A stretch of DNA of 59,881 bases, the filler included, from Barthelona sp. PAP020 (Eukaryota): the NCBI GenBank assembly GCA_040182905.1. It is 4 parts of 4 records of this genome, joined end to end, with 100 filler letters (N's around TTAATTAATTAA, not from the genome) between each part and the next. Parts side by side here need not be neighbours in the genome. Positions count along the whole stretch, not along the records: positions 1 to 14,999 come from JARQWU010000292.1; 3 more parts are not named here. One strand, written 5' to 3'. The notes below the pieces were generated by a model. That model searched no databases. It saw only the letters and a program-made list of their open reading frames with translations, and was not told where the DNA came from. The translations under genes were made by a program, and so were the position numbers. Below, piece by piece: positions 1-11,240 of the stretch (the first letter of the stretch is position 1; each line of letters starts with the position of its first letter).

Positions 1-60
1 AAAAACGGCGAAAATTTTTTTATAAAATGTACAAAGTTTTTGACAATGAGATGTAAATTC

Positions 61-3000
61 TCATTGACAATTAATTTTCTCAATTTTCTCCCAATCAATA
101 TTGAAAGGAACATCATTTTTACAAACAAAAGGGAAAAAAATGCTATTTGTTTGACTATTTTCTGTTGAATTATAAAACACATGCCCTTGAAAATCTCTCA
201 ACAAACATAACCTAATCAAGAATTGAATTGCTTGTGCAGCTGTAATTGTATTTTTATTGGAAAAGTTTGAAAAGTTTGTCAAATATTCTTCAAATGATAA
301 ATTATGGAATTTTTCAAAGTTGGTTGATATTTTTAAGAATAAATATTTGTAAAAATTTGGGTTTTTCAATTCATTTTTGAATTCGAAAATTTGAAAACAA
401 TTTTCAAACATTTGAATGAAATCTTTCTCTCCAATGATGTTTTTATTCGTAAAGTATAAAAACTTTTTATTAATTTTATTGGACAAATTATCATACAAAT
501 GATAAAACTGTAAACAAATGAACATTATAGCCTTTTCCAAATTGCAACCTTTCATACTACTGCTCAAAATGAAATCTTTTGGCAACGTTGTACTTATCAT
601 AATATTGCCTTCACAAAAAATAGCGAAATCATTGTACAAATTATTCAATTGCACATTGTCAAACATGGGGAAAGCCATTTTTAAAGGCCCTAAAATTTTA
701 ATGGGCTTTTCAAACAATTCATCATCAGATAACAATTGTTTGTGCACATTTATAAAATTATTAAAAAGTATAGCTGGAATTTTGTTTGAAAATATCAGAT
801 AATACATAAAGAAAAACCCATTTTGAAATTTGTTCCTTTCTAAACAATTGATCAGCTTAAAAATAAAATATTTCACACTTTGTTTGGGAACAAAATGCTG
901 TAGATATGAAATAAATTGATAAAAATATCCTCGATAATCGATAAAAGATTTATCGTCAAATTTAATTAAATTGCTGAAAAATTTGTTCAAACAAACCAAG
1001 ATAACTTTTTCATCCACCTCAATTTCCTCTTCAAACAACGGCCATTCTAATATTTCTTGTTGATATGCCCAATACAACGAATCTAACCCATTGGTTATTG
1101 GTAACATTTGAATAGGAAGCTTTTCATGAATAATCTTTACATTTTTTAATTCTATGGATGGATGCGACAATTGAATGTACCTCGTATTTTCAGGTAAAGC
1201 CAATAGAAACTTGTGATGTGTATGATTACAACTAACCACATTGGATTCCAACCCCAGACAAAAAGTAGCATGATTAATCGGTTTCCAAGATTCTCCATCC
1301 TCGCTTATACTCAATAATAAATGAAACAAATTTGAACAAGGATAATTGGTCTTAGATTGCATCTCAGTCAATAAGATCCTCATTGAATCTTCCAACTTAT
1401 TCAAAGTATTTATTATCGCAGTAAAATCAGTTGATAACACTAAAGGCTCCTTATTCATTACTTCTAAAACATCATCATTCAAGATCATTTCATTCATTGT
1501 ATCCAAATACCTGACTATTCTCTCATCATGTACCCTCTTTAACACTTTATATTGATTCTCCAAGGCAACTAAATGATTTTGCATAATTTGTTCATTGATC
1601 TCCGGAAATCTCAAATAACCTGGTATATCTTCATATAAAGATTGATAGGCACTAAATAAAGTGGGATCATTTTCACTCAAAGCTTTCTTAATCTTTCTCA
1701 ATAAGAAATTCTTAACTTCTCCAAAATTTGAATCCGTCATTGCTTTTGTAAACAATTCCCAGGTATTTTTGTCCCAACTCTCTATATTTCGTCCGCTTTG
1801 TTTTGGAACATCTAAAATTTCTTTTTCCTCCATACCAGAATTACTCTTGTCTTTTTTTGCTGAATGTGGGTTATTGAAGGCATCTGAAGATGCGATTTCT
1901 TCCATAATTTTTGTTTTAACGTCATTTTCAAAATCAGTTTGACCTTTATTAATATTCACATTGTCATCACCAACGTTTGAAGAAAAATCATCGTCAGGTT
2001 CACTTGAATTCTTAGAATTTACACCAACTTTATTTTTATTCAAATCATTGTTTGTAGAAGCTCTGGTGTTGACTCGACTATTGATCCTGCTATTAGTTCG
2101 ACTGTTGACCCTGCTATTAGCTCGACTATTGACTCTGCTATTAAAGGCACTGGTCACTCTGCTATTTGCTGTACTGTTGTCAATATAATCACCATCATCC
2201 AAAGGTGCCATGGGAAAATCAGATTCATAACCACCAGTTTGAGAGAGGTCTTCACGAATAGGTTCCATACTTTCAACGATATCAACAGCACTTCTGTCAT
2301 CAATCATATTCATTATGCTTAAAGCAGATCCAGCACGATGAGTAAAATCTGATATATCAGAAAAATTTGACATAACGCTAATACGTCCCTCACCTTTAGA
2401 CATATTATCTTTTCCAACATTATTACGCATTCTACTCATCATGTAACTCATTTCACTTTTTAAACGTTGTTTTTCTTCACGTTCATGACCCAATTCAATA
2501 CGCATTACATCCATTTGTTCAACAGCAGCATTTAAAGCATCAATAATCTCTACATCCACAACAAAATCATCAAATTCATCTGCTTTTTTAAGCATCAAAT
2601 CATAAGAAGCTGACATATGTGGATTTAACTTCTTTAAAGCGTTGACAACACCTGTTCGTGAATGAGGATGTACTTTTACATCTTCTTTAAGACCATTCTG
2701 TTGTTTGTATTGTTCAGTAACGATACTCTTATGCTTATTCTTAAATTCTCTCAATTCATTCAGTTCTTTTGTCAATTTTGCTACTTCTCCTTCCAAACTA
2801 CGGACGACTTTTTCAAACATTTGTCTCTCCCGCTTAGCATCCTCCTCAATATTCACTACATTTTCCTCAAAATAGTTTATCTTTTGTTGTAATTTGTTTA
2901 TTTCAGTCTCACGACTGTTAATTGTCAACGTGTTTTCTTTCAATATTTCCCGCATATTGAGCATCTTTTCTTTCAGTTCATCATTACGTTTAGATAACTT

Positions 3001-3516
3001 TAACTCATTTATTTCATTAGTTTTAATGATCATACTCTTATTCATAGTTTCCATAAAAAACGGAACACGATCAGATAAGATTTTAATACCTAAATTCACA
3101 CGCTCTCCATATCTAGTATGTTCATAATTATCAATTTCATATTGTGATACATCTGGAAAGAAAGATGCGGTTCGTATATCTGAATATATTGAAGGTATCA
3201 ATAAATACAAAGTTCGCTGCAATAAAGGTTGAATTTTTGCATCAATATGTTCAGACAATTCAAATAATGTTACTAAAATTCTCTTTGTCTGATCTTCTGA
3301 TGGCATCATAAATCCGTCATATGAATCCATAGTGCTTTCATATTCACTGATCAATATTTCAAAATCTCTATAAGTTTTCGTTAACGATGTGATCTTTCGA
3401 TCCTCAATCTTTATTTTTTCGGTTTTCCAATTAGTCGAATTACCCAAATAATTTCCCGATTTTTTTCGTGGAGATGGTGTACTTTTTGATAAAAATGGTT
3501 TTAATGTGTCTTGCAT
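61..3516 (-). CDS. Hypothetical 1151-aa protein with N-terminal coiled coil and internal low-complexity (NSRx)n tract
   Basis: Long uninterrupted ORF; heptad-rich segment about aa 160-360; no family recognised. Confidence 0.85.
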   Translation of the reverse strand: MQDTLKPFLSKSTPSPRKKSGNYLGNSTNWKTEKIKIEDRKITSLTKTYRDFEILISEYESTMDSYDGFMMPSEDQTKRILVTLFELSEHIDAKIQPLLQRTLYLLIPSIYSDIRTASFFPDVSQYEIDNYEHTRYGERVNLGIKILSDRVPFFMETMNKSMIIKTNEINELKLSKRNDELKEKMLNMREILKENTLTINSRETEINKLQQKINYFEENVVNIEEDAKRERQMFEKVVRSLEGEVAKLTKELNELREFKNKHKSIVTEQYKQQNGLKEDVKVHPHSRTGVVNALKKLNPHMSASYDLMLKKADEFDDFVVDVEIIDALNAAVEQMDVMRIELGHEREEKQRLKSEMSYMMSRMRNNVGKDNMSKGEGRISVMSNFSDISDFTHRAGSALSIMNMIDDRSAVDIVESMEPIREDLSQTGGYESDFPMAPLDDGDYIDNSTANSRVTSAFNSRVNSRANSRVNSRTNSRINSRVNTRASTNNDLNKNKVGVNSKNSSEPDDDFSSNVGDDNVNINKGQTDFENDVKTKIMEEIASSDAFNNPHSAKKDKSNSGMEEKEILDVPKQSGRNIESWDKNTWELFTKAMTDSNFGEVKNFLLRKIKKALSENDPTLFSAYQSLYEDIPGYLRFPEINEQIMQNHLVALENQYKVLKRVHDERIVRYLDTMNEMILNDDVLEVMNKEPLVLSTDFTAIINTLNKLEDSMRILLTEMQSKTNYPCSNLFHLLLSISEDGESWKPINHATFCLGLESNVVSCNHTHHKFLLALPENTRYIQLSHPSIELKNVKIIHEKLPIQMLPITNGLDSLYWAYQQEILEWPLFEEEIEVDEKVILVCLNKFFSNLIKFDDKSFIDYRGYFYQFISYLQHFVPKQSVKYFIFKLINCLERNKFQNGFFFMYYLIFSNKIPAILFNNFINVHKQLLSDDELFEKPIKILGPLKMAFPMFDNVQLNNLYNDFAIFCEGNIMISTTLPKDFILSSSMKGCNLEKAIMFICLQFYHLYDNLSNKINKKFLYFTNKNIIGEKDFIQMFENCFQIFEFKNELKNPNFYKYLFLKISTNFEKFHNLSFEEYLTNFSNFSNKNTITAAQAIQFLIRLCLLRDFQGHVFYNSTENSQTNSIFFPFVCKNDVPFNIDWEKIEKINCQ
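2062..2166 (-). repeat. Degenerate 12-bp coding tandem repeat (NSRV/NSRA/NSRT/NSRI)
   Basis: NSRVTSAFNSRVNSRANSRVNSRTNSRINSRVNTR in translation. Confidence 0.85.
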
Positions 3517-3836
3517 TTAATATTTCATGATTTAAGTTAAAAAAAAAATACAAAATTTATTCTTTTCCTTTTGATCATTTTAAGTTAATCAGAATTTTTT
3601 AAATATTTATGTTATATAACCATAGTTTAACCATTGAAAAAAAATTCAAATTATTTTATAATCTTGATAATGAATAAAAATAATATTTAAAAAGACAATC
3701 TTTCTTGTTTAAATGCTTATTTATTTCAAAAATTTGCCATTTGGTTGCTTTTCTCTCTTGAAAGAAGGCAAAGAAACAAGGTTCTTTCATATTTTTCAAA
3801 TATATATCCACTATTTTGTATTTTTAGCATTCTAAA

Positions 3837-5915
3837 ATGGCAGATATTCATGAAATGGCCATTGATACAGTGGTAGTTTTGGTATTTATTATATTAATTT
3901 CCATTGTTCGATTATTATATCACAATCTTAAGATTCAGGCTGTTCCTGAATCAGCTATAATTATTTTATTGGGTATTATTGTTGGATTTTGCATCAGTTT
4001 TGCATCGAATACTGAAGAGACGATTCTATCTTTTGAAACAGAGACCTTCTTTTTGCTTTTATTGCCTCCAATTATATTTGAAGCAGGTTATCATCTGAAA
4101 AAAGGATTTTTTTTTCATAATTTGGGTACAATATTAGTTTATGCCGTCATAGGTACTTTGTTATCTACTTTTTTAACTGGTGGAGCAATCTATATATTAG
4201 GCCAATGTTGTTTGACATCTACGTCGTTATCAATATTCGAAGCTTTGACGTTTGGAGCTTTAATTTCTGCAGTTGATCCTGTTGCTGTTTTGGCTATATT
4301 TGAGGCTACACATGTTAATGACACATTAAATATCCTTGTATTTGGTGAATCTGTACTAAATGATGCCGTTGCAATCGTGTTGTATCAATTGTTTGCTGAA
4401 TTATCCAAATCTAATACAGCTATCACTGGATCATTAGTTGTCAGTTCTGTTGGCAAATTTTTATCTGTTTCATTTGGCGGTATAACGATTGGTATTATCG
4501 GAGGTTTATTGGCTGCATTTTGTACCAAGTACACCAAGAGATCTGTTTCTTTAGATACTATTTTTGTCTTTTCTTTTGGTTATATGTCTTACATATTGGC
4601 TGAAATTTTACACTTTTCAGGTATTGTAGCTGTATTGTTCGCTGGTATTACAATGTCACAATACGTTGAAAACAATATCACGTATCATTCACATGTAACA
4701 ATTGAATTTAGCTTGAAGATCTTTGCTTCTGTTACAGAAACATTGATATTTGCTTTGCTTGGAATAACATTGGCAGTTGAACCTAAAATTGTATGGGATT
4801 GGGGATTTAATATCTGGACTTTGGGTATTATTTTTGTCATTCGTGGACTTGTTATCTTTATTCTTAGTATTTTTGTAAATTTCGGGAGGGATCATCGTGT
4901 ATCACTGAAAGATCAATTTATTATGACTTATGGTGGTTTAAGAGGTGCAATTGCTTTTGCTCTTGCATTTTCCTTGCATCATACGTTTGGTTTTAAACAA
5001 GTTATCATTGGATCATCCCTATTTATTGTGCTTTTTACTGTTTTTTTCAATGGTTCTACCATTGGTTATGTTCTAAAATTTCTTCGCATCAAAAAACGCA
5101 ATGATAATATTTCGATTGCAACAGAAATATTTGGTAAAGCTTTACCTATCGCTACTAATGTTGTGAAAGGTATTTTAGGGGAGAAAACGAGTTGGTATGT
5201 TTTATTTTGGAAATTCATTGAAAGGACAGTTATTAACAAAGTATTTTTAAATAGTGAAATGAAGGATGATGATGTGATCATTCATGCATTGGATTCTTTA
5301 CTGTATGATGAGGTTGCAAAAGGTGTGTGTCAACAAAATAGATATTGTGAAATGTTTTCGCAAAATAAAAATGAACGTCGAGACCGTATTTTGGACGAAA
5401 TTAGAGAAAAACGATCAGAAGGTAAAGGATTCAAATTTTATGAATTAAATAACGCTTTGAAAAGCCCAATTTATGAAAAGACTGTGGCTATTGCAAGTGG
5501 AAAGCAAATTTATAAAGATCCAGGAAACTTGGACAACAAATATGCTGACAACTCAACTATTGAAATGTCGGAATTTGAAACAATCACCAAAAGTGATAAA
5601 TATCAAACTAAATTTACAAACAATAGAACAGAAACACCTTCAGTTGATTTGATTTCAAGCTTGATGGATAATCATATTAAGTGTAGTGATCCTTATCTTA
5701 AAAACCCAAAAGAAGTCAAATATGGTGCAGGTACTTACAAATTGTTACGAGGTGAAACCGAAAAAGCTCTCAAATTGTATAAAATGGGTGTTTTACAAGA
5801 TAACTATGTTGCTCAAAATTTGGGTGCTTCTCAAAATATTGAACAATATTTTTCTTCCAAAGAATTGCAAATGGAAGATTCTGATGAGAACACAGTTGAA
5901 ATTGAAGTTGAATAA
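3837..5915 (+). CDS. Na+/H+ exchanger, eukaryotic CPA1/NHE (SLC9A) family
   Basis: Motifs FFLLLLPPIIFEAGY, ISAVDPVAVL, FGESVLNDAVAIV, GGLRGAIAFALA; multiple TM helices plus cytosolic tail. Confidence 0.95.
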   Translation: MADIHEMAIDTVVVLVFIILISIVRLLYHNLKIQAVPESAIIILLGIIVGFCISFASNTEETILSFETETFFLLLLPPIIFEAGYHLKKGFFFHNLGTILVYAVIGTLLSTFLTGGAIYILGQCCLTSTSLSIFEALTFGALISAVDPVAVLAIFEATHVNDTLNILVFGESVLNDAVAIVLYQLFAELSKSNTAITGSLVVSSVGKFLSVSFGGITIGIIGGLLAAFCTKYTKRSVSLDTIFVFSFGYMSYILAEILHFSGIVAVLFAGITMSQYVENNITYHSHVTIEFSLKIFASVTETLIFALLGITLAVEPKIVWDWGFNIWTLGIIFVIRGLVIFILSIFVNFGRDHRVSLKDQFIMTYGGLRGAIAFALAFSLHHTFGFKQVIIGSSLFIVLFTVFFNGSTIGYVLKFLRIKKRNDNISIATEIFGKALPIATNVVKGILGEKTSWYVLFWKFIERTVINKVFLNSEMKDDDVIIHALDSLLYDEVAKGVCQQNRYCEMFSQNKNERRDRILDEIREKRSEGKGFKFYELNNALKSPIYEKTVAIASGKQIYKDPGNLDNKYADNSTIEMSEFETITKSDKYQTKFTNNRTETPSVDLISSLMDNHIKCSDPYLKNPKEVKYGAGTYKLLRGETEKALKLYKMGVLQDNYVAQNLGASQNIEQYFSSKELQMEDSDENTVEIEVE

Positions 5916-6145
5916 ATTATTTTGTATATTTTTTGTAGTTTTAATTGTTTCAATTGTTGCCTTTGAAGAAAAAAAAGCAGAAATCTTTTCTTTTTGTTAT
6001 TATTATTTATTAATCTCATCAATGATATGTTTATTTAACAAATTAATAAATGGAATCTGTATTATTATATGTGAATTTACTTTTGATTTATCCTAATTTT
6101 TTTTTCTTCTTTGTATTAAATTTTGGATTAATTAAACATTTCGAT

Positions 6146-7423
6146 ATGACTTTTTCGATTGAAGGACATTATTTGAATGCAATAACCGACGTTTTAGTTA
6201 AATCAACTGTTCCATGTCAATTAAAAGAGGCTGGTTTAATAACAGAAGAAGAATTTAATTTATTAAATTCTATTGATATTGAACAATCCATTACGATTGG
6301 CACAGATATGATCAATATTGCATTGAAGTTTTTGAGTGATGAGAATCAAGACATTTCTGAATATGTTGTCACTGTAATATATTTTTATATTCGTCAGCGT
6401 AATGATTATGTTTCAACTTTCACTGAGGATATTATCAATATTATTGAACTTTTGAAAGAAAAATGTTCCATCTTTACTTCTGAAATACCAATGGGATTAT
6501 CCTTGATAAATTTAGGGTTATTTTCTATTGAACTAAACGATGCAAATCTTGCAAAAGAAACTTTTAGTTTTTGTTTAACTCATTTACCTAAATTGACAGA
6601 TAAAATTGCTGGAATTTCCTTATTGTTAAATTTACAAGCTATTTCTTCCACCCTTTTTTTCACTGAAGTTTGTGATCTGGTATTCGAAAGCAGTTTATTG
6701 AATTATTTGATGAGTTTGATCACATACAAGCTTGGAACTCAACAAAATTACGTTTTGTTGTTATTGGTTTGGCAATTATTGATGACTGATGTTGAAAGAA
6801 TGACGCCTGTTCTTATATCGTCTGAATTCATTGGATATATATTAAAGGGATTAGAAAGTGGTAGTATAAAGGAAAAGATTGCTAGATTAAGTCTTTCTAT
6901 TCTTTTGTTATTGATGAAAACAGAAAGTGGAAAAGAAACTATTATTCTAGAAGGAACCACTCGTTTGATTTCTTTAATGAACGAACAAGCTTGGAAAGAC
7001 ACCGAGATTGTGGAAAGCTTGGCAAAGCTCACAGAATTACTGGATGATTCATCAATTGGAATGACCAATTTTAAGTTGTATGTTCGAGAGGTTAACAACA
7101 AAAAGTTTTCTTGGAAATCTGGTTATCATCGTTCCCCTGCTTTTTGGAGGGAAAATATCGGAAAATTTGAAGAAAATGAGTTTGATTTGATCAAGAAGTT
7201 GATTTTATTGTTGGATGAAATTAATGGAGAGTCTTTGGCTATTTGTTTGTCTGATATTGGTATGTTCATTGAATATCATCCAATGAGCAGGTTGATCCTT
7301 ACAAATTTCAATGCTAAACCCAAAATCATGTCATTCATCATGCATAATGATGCACAAGTTCAAAAAGAAGCATTATTAACTGTTCAAAAATTAACATTAA
7401 CAAATTGGAATCGTAAATTGTGA
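6146..7423 (+). CDS. ATP6V1H: V-type ATPase subunit H
   Basis: C-terminal W..H.S..FWREN..KFEENEF, A..L.DIG.F...HP, VQKEALL.VQKL; start moved to ATG 6146 because the upstream in-frame stretch reads like T-rich intergenic DNA. Confidence 0.9.
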   Translation: MTFSIEGHYLNAITDVLVKSTVPCQLKEAGLITEEEFNLLNSIDIEQSITIGTDMINIALKFLSDENQDISEYVVTVIYFYIRQRNDYVSTFTEDIINIIELLKEKCSIFTSEIPMGLSLINLGLFSIELNDANLAKETFSFCLTHLPKLTDKIAGISLLLNLQAISSTLFFTEVCDLVFESSLLNYLMSLITYKLGTQQNYVLLLLVWQLLMTDVERMTPVLISSEFIGYILKGLESGSIKEKIARLSLSILLLLMKTESGKETIILEGTTRLISLMNEQAWKDTEIVESLAKLTELLDDSSIGMTNFKLYVREVNNKKFSWKSGYHRSPAFWRENIGKFEENEFDLIKKLILLLDEINGESLAICLSDIGMFIEYHPMSRLILTNFNAKPKIMSFIMHNDAQVQKEALLTVQKLTLTNWNRKL

Positions 7424-7622
7424 AATTCAATTATTTATTTTTTTTTTTTCCTTTCTTTCTTCTGCTTTTATAAAGAAGACACATTATTCATTGACTACAA
7501 GTGCATTGCAACCAAGAACAAAAAATAAATGAATTATATCAGCTCATATGGAATGTTTATTTCGTTACAAACAATGTTGAAACATTAATAAGAAGAAAAA
7601 ACAAAACCAAAATTGAATTTTA

Positions 7623-8324
7623 TCAACCAAAAATGAAATCCCAAGTTCTTTTTAAAAATCCACTTTTTTTGTGTTGCCTTGTGAATATATCAGAATCTTT
7701 GACAATTGAACTATTTTTAGGTAAAGGAGATCGAACTGCCATTGAGCCATTTTGATTGGAAGACTTTCGTGTTGTACTCTTAAAGCTGTGTACCAACATC
7801 TCAGATGTGTTTGATTCATCTAATTTTACACCTATCATTATTTGGGCATCATCTTCGGTAAAAAGAATTTTTCCATTTTGTGAAAGAGCACTTTGTGCTT
7901 GCAATTTCGTTTTAAATTTAATTCTTAACCAATTTTCATTTGTAGATTCTTGCCAAGCAACAATAGAACCAAATTTTTGAAAATATGACAAAGTTTCCTT
8001 CTGTTTATCAGGTGGTATTCCAAATACAGTAACCCAATTCTCAGTATTGTTGTCTTTAAAACGATTTGGAATTTTCATATCATCAATAAATACCTCATTA
8101 TTATTTGTTAATTGAGAATTATTAAATTTTCCAGTTCTATCTCCAGGAGTTAATTGTAAAACTGAAACATTTGGTGGTAATTTAGATGGAGTTTCTCGTT
8201 GTGTGTTTAATATGTGTGGTGAAAATAATTGTTGAAAATCTGAAGGATTCTTTTTTTGTTCTGTTTTGTTTTTCGTATTGTACGCATGTGGAGGAATTCT
8301 TAAATTTGAGTCTTTTAGTTGCAT
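7623..8324 (-). CDS. NUP35: Nucleoporin Nup35/Nup53 (MPPN-type RRM)
   Basis: WVTVFGIPP...F.KFG.I...NW..I.F....A..AL..NGK..IMIGVK; C-terminal amphipathic helix FLKRTWDFIFG; first ATG at 8324. Confidence 0.85.
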   Translation of the reverse strand: MQLKDSNLRIPPHAYNTKNKTEQKKNPSDFQQLFSPHILNTQRETPSKLPPNVSVLQLTPGDRTGKFNNSQLTNNNEVFIDDMKIPNRFKDNNTENWVTVFGIPPDKQKETLSYFQKFGSIVAWQESTNENWLRIKFKTKLQAQSALSQNGKILFTEDDAQIMIGVKLDESNTSEMLVHSFKSTTRKSSNQNGSMAVRSPLPKNSSIVKDSDIFTRQHKKSGFLKRTWDFIFG

Positions 8325-8376
8325 ACTTTTCCTTCGCAAAGTAAAAAAAAACAAAAACTTTTTTCAAAGATTATCA

Positions 8377-10023
8377 ATGAAACCAAAGTATGAATGGAGT
8401 CAAACTGCTGAACATGTGTATATTGACTTTTCTATTATCGGTTGCAGTCAAAAATATTTGGATATAATGTGTACTGATTGTTATTTTCGATTAACGCATC
8501 AAAATTATTCAATTGGAATTGATTTATTTGATATTGTTGATAATACACAAATTCAAGCGAAGATTGAAGATAATAAATTATTAGTTCGATTGATGAAAAT
8601 GAAACAAAAACTTTGGCATGAATTACACAGTGATTTACCTAAAAAAGAGTTAGAAAAAAGAAGGCAACAATCAGTGGAGAAGTTTTTACAAGATCAGGCT
8701 AATATTGAATTGGAAAGAAGACAATACAAAAAAACCATTGAAAAGGAAGCTTTAGAACAACATTGGGATTTGGATAGTGCTGAAAAACATCGATATGAAG
8801 AATATAAGAGAATTCAAAGAGAACAAATAGAACAAGAGATTAGTGAACTGGTAAATTATTCCAAAGAGAAAAGAGTATTTAAAAAAGAGTTGGAAGAAAG
8901 TACATTACCACCAATACGAAATAATGCATGTCTTAAAACTGATTTTACTGAAACCAGAGCTAATGTTGGAGCACGTGAAAGTCAACCTGCTACACTTATT
9001 TCTGGAAATTTTGAAGATGATACTGCTTTGACTCGAAAACAAATAGCTGACGCCCGTTGGAAGGGTGGAAATATTCAAACGGCTATCAAAGAGTATCTTG
9101 ACATCATTAACAATTCACCTTATTGTTGGCAAGCTGCATCTAATTTATCTATACTGTATTCGAATGAAAATAAGGTTGATGAAGCATCAATATATACAGA
9201 TACAGCAATAAATATGTTGTTGTCATTGATGCAAGAAGGTAGAAAACGTGAATTAGAAAGGATAGAAGGAAAATTAGAAAAACCAAAATTATTTCCTGAA
9301 GAATGGTTTGTTGGAATGATTATTTTAAAATTACGCAGATGTGTTTTTTTTGTTGAGAAAAAGCAATATATGAGAGGATTGCTATATTTTAAGAAATTAA
9401 TTGATGAATATTTTACTAGCAGAAATGATGAAGTTTCTAATGATATACCATTTGATATGATAAAGAATTATGCTGGAATGTTTGAGATCAGTGAAGAAAT
9501 TTCAAAGAAATATAATCGAGAAGTCTTTACTGAGTTATACTTTCAATTTGAGAACAAAATCTATCAATTGTACAAGCGTTTGGTGAAAAGAATGTGTTTT
9601 GCTGGTCATTATTTGAAAGCAGAAGAATATTTGATAAAATTATCAAAGATCATTACAAATGAAAACAATGCTGTTGAAATATTTTCTTCAGTAATTTTAT
9701 TGAATTTGCGAAATGGTAATTTTAATTTGGCCAGTAAAAATTTGGAATTTATATTTGGCAAAATCAATTTCGTTTGCTTAAATAAAACGCAACAACAAAA
9801 TCTTACCTATAAGTTAATCTTTTGTTTAATCGTGGCTATTAAATCAAATGTCGATTCTGCTTTTCAAAATTTATGTTTAAAATTAAATTTGACTGAAGAC
9901 ATTTTCTTCAATTATTTATTCATTGCTTTTGGGAATAATCAACAATTGAATCACTTAGAGATCGCTAATGCTCCTGAAATTTTAGATATCCTTTTAAAAT
10001 TTGATGAAATTAATCAAAGTTAA
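8377..10023 (+). CDS. DNAAF4: Dynein axonemal assembly factor 4-like (CS/p23 domain, coiled coil, TPR-like)
   Basis: YEWSQT...DI..TD.Y.R.....Y...IDL...W..L CS domain, charged coil, LPPIR and ARES motifs; first ATG 8377. Confidence 0.75.
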   Translation: MKPKYEWSQTAEHVYIDFSIIGCSQKYLDIMCTDCYFRLTHQNYSIGIDLFDIVDNTQIQAKIEDNKLLVRLMKMKQKLWHELHSDLPKKELEKRRQQSVEKFLQDQANIELERRQYKKTIEKEALEQHWDLDSAEKHRYEEYKRIQREQIEQEISELVNYSKEKRVFKKELEESTLPPIRNNACLKTDFTETRANVGARESQPATLISGNFEDDTALTRKQIADARWKGGNIQTAIKEYLDIINNSPYCWQAASNLSILYSNENKVDEASIYTDTAINMLLSLMQEGRKRELERIEGKLEKPKLFPEEWFVGMIILKLRRCVFFVEKKQYMRGLLYFKKLIDEYFTSRNDEVSNDIPFDMIKNYAGMFEISEEISKKYNREVFTELYFQFENKIYQLYKRLVKRMCFAGHYLKAEEYLIKLSKIITNENNAVEIFSSVILLNLRNGNFNLASKNLEFIFGKINFVCLNKTQQQNLTYKLIFCLIVAIKSNVDSAFQNLCLKLNLTEDIFFNYLFIAFGNNQQLNHLEIANAPEILDILLKFDEINQS

Positions 10024-10863
10024 TTTCTTGTCGTCAAACCAATTTCAATTTCTATTTTTCATAAATTATTTTCATAAATTTAAAAGACTTTTGTTATTTA
10101 TGTTAACACATCAGGTTGGGGTGTATGATGATTAGAAAATTTAGGGAAAATGATGCTGGGTGGTTATCCGCCGGAAAAAAAGAATGTGTCCACAAGGATT
10201 GAATTCAAAACTTCTTCAAGTAGTTAGACGTGAACTGACCTTTTTTCCATGTTTGAGGTTACTTTCTCAACTTTTCCACTTTTGTTCGACTTTTCACGCG
10301 GTACTTATTTCTCGTCTAATATCTTCTGAGTGGGTCATACATGTTTTATTTGTGAAAATACTTGAAAAATTATTACACTTTGTTTCTCTGCTTCTTGTAC
10401 CAACATTTTCCACGACTTTCCCAGGTCAAAAATTAAAAAAACTAGTTGATTATTAGTTAAAAAACCTTAATCTTTATTCTTTTCGGAGTTCAGCGTTCCT
10501 GAAAATAACCTCTCTTTTTTTTGAGCCCTTCCTTTCATAAGCTGTGCTATGAGAGCTAAACCATATACCGCATGTAAAATACCGCCTTGAAAATTGCTTA
10601 CAAGAGCTTAAAGCTCCGATATAATCAAAATTTATCTAAATTGAACAAGGTTTCTAAAGATTCTCTTGTAAAAAGTCAAAAATTTTTGAAAAAATAACAT
10701 TAAAGTTTTGTATTTAAGAAAAAAAAAGAAGAACAGGAAATTTTGATCGAGCAAAAACAATCGCATTTAAAAATTTTTCACTTTTGAAAAATTTTAATGT
10801 TCCATTGGGTCAATCAGGTATCAACGCCTTTATTTGAGTAGGCACTCTCTTTTCTAAATGATT

Positions 10864-10887
10864 CACACACACACACATACACACACA
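10864..10887 (+). repeat. (CA)n microsatellite
   Basis: cacacacacacacatacacacaca. Confidence 0.8.
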
Positions 10888-11240
10888 AAGCACTGTTGGA
10901 CCATCAAAGGTTTTACTGTGTTCTACATTAATATTATGGTTCAAGAATTTCATTTCTATTTCAAATTCAAGCAAAAATAGCAGAATAGAGGTTTTCACAT
11001 CGGTTGATGAACTGAAGAGAAATTAAGCTCACTTCAAAAGTTCTCAGCTTGATTGTCAATAATAAAATTGAAGGGTTTATACAATGGGGGTTACATTTTA
11101 ACCCAAAATTGCAGATTTAAAATATGAATAGAAAGCTGTGATATAGAGTGGTAAATTTTCAAATATCATTGATGTATAATAATTTATCAAAATGCCAGTG
11201 TTTTGTGAAGTAAATTTTGTTAAAAGGTAAAGGCATTGAA

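Noticed and set aside
10024..11240. Long intergenic region with short ORFs (98, 62, 71 aa)
   Set aside because: No recognisable protein, RNA or repeat signature beyond a CA microsatellite
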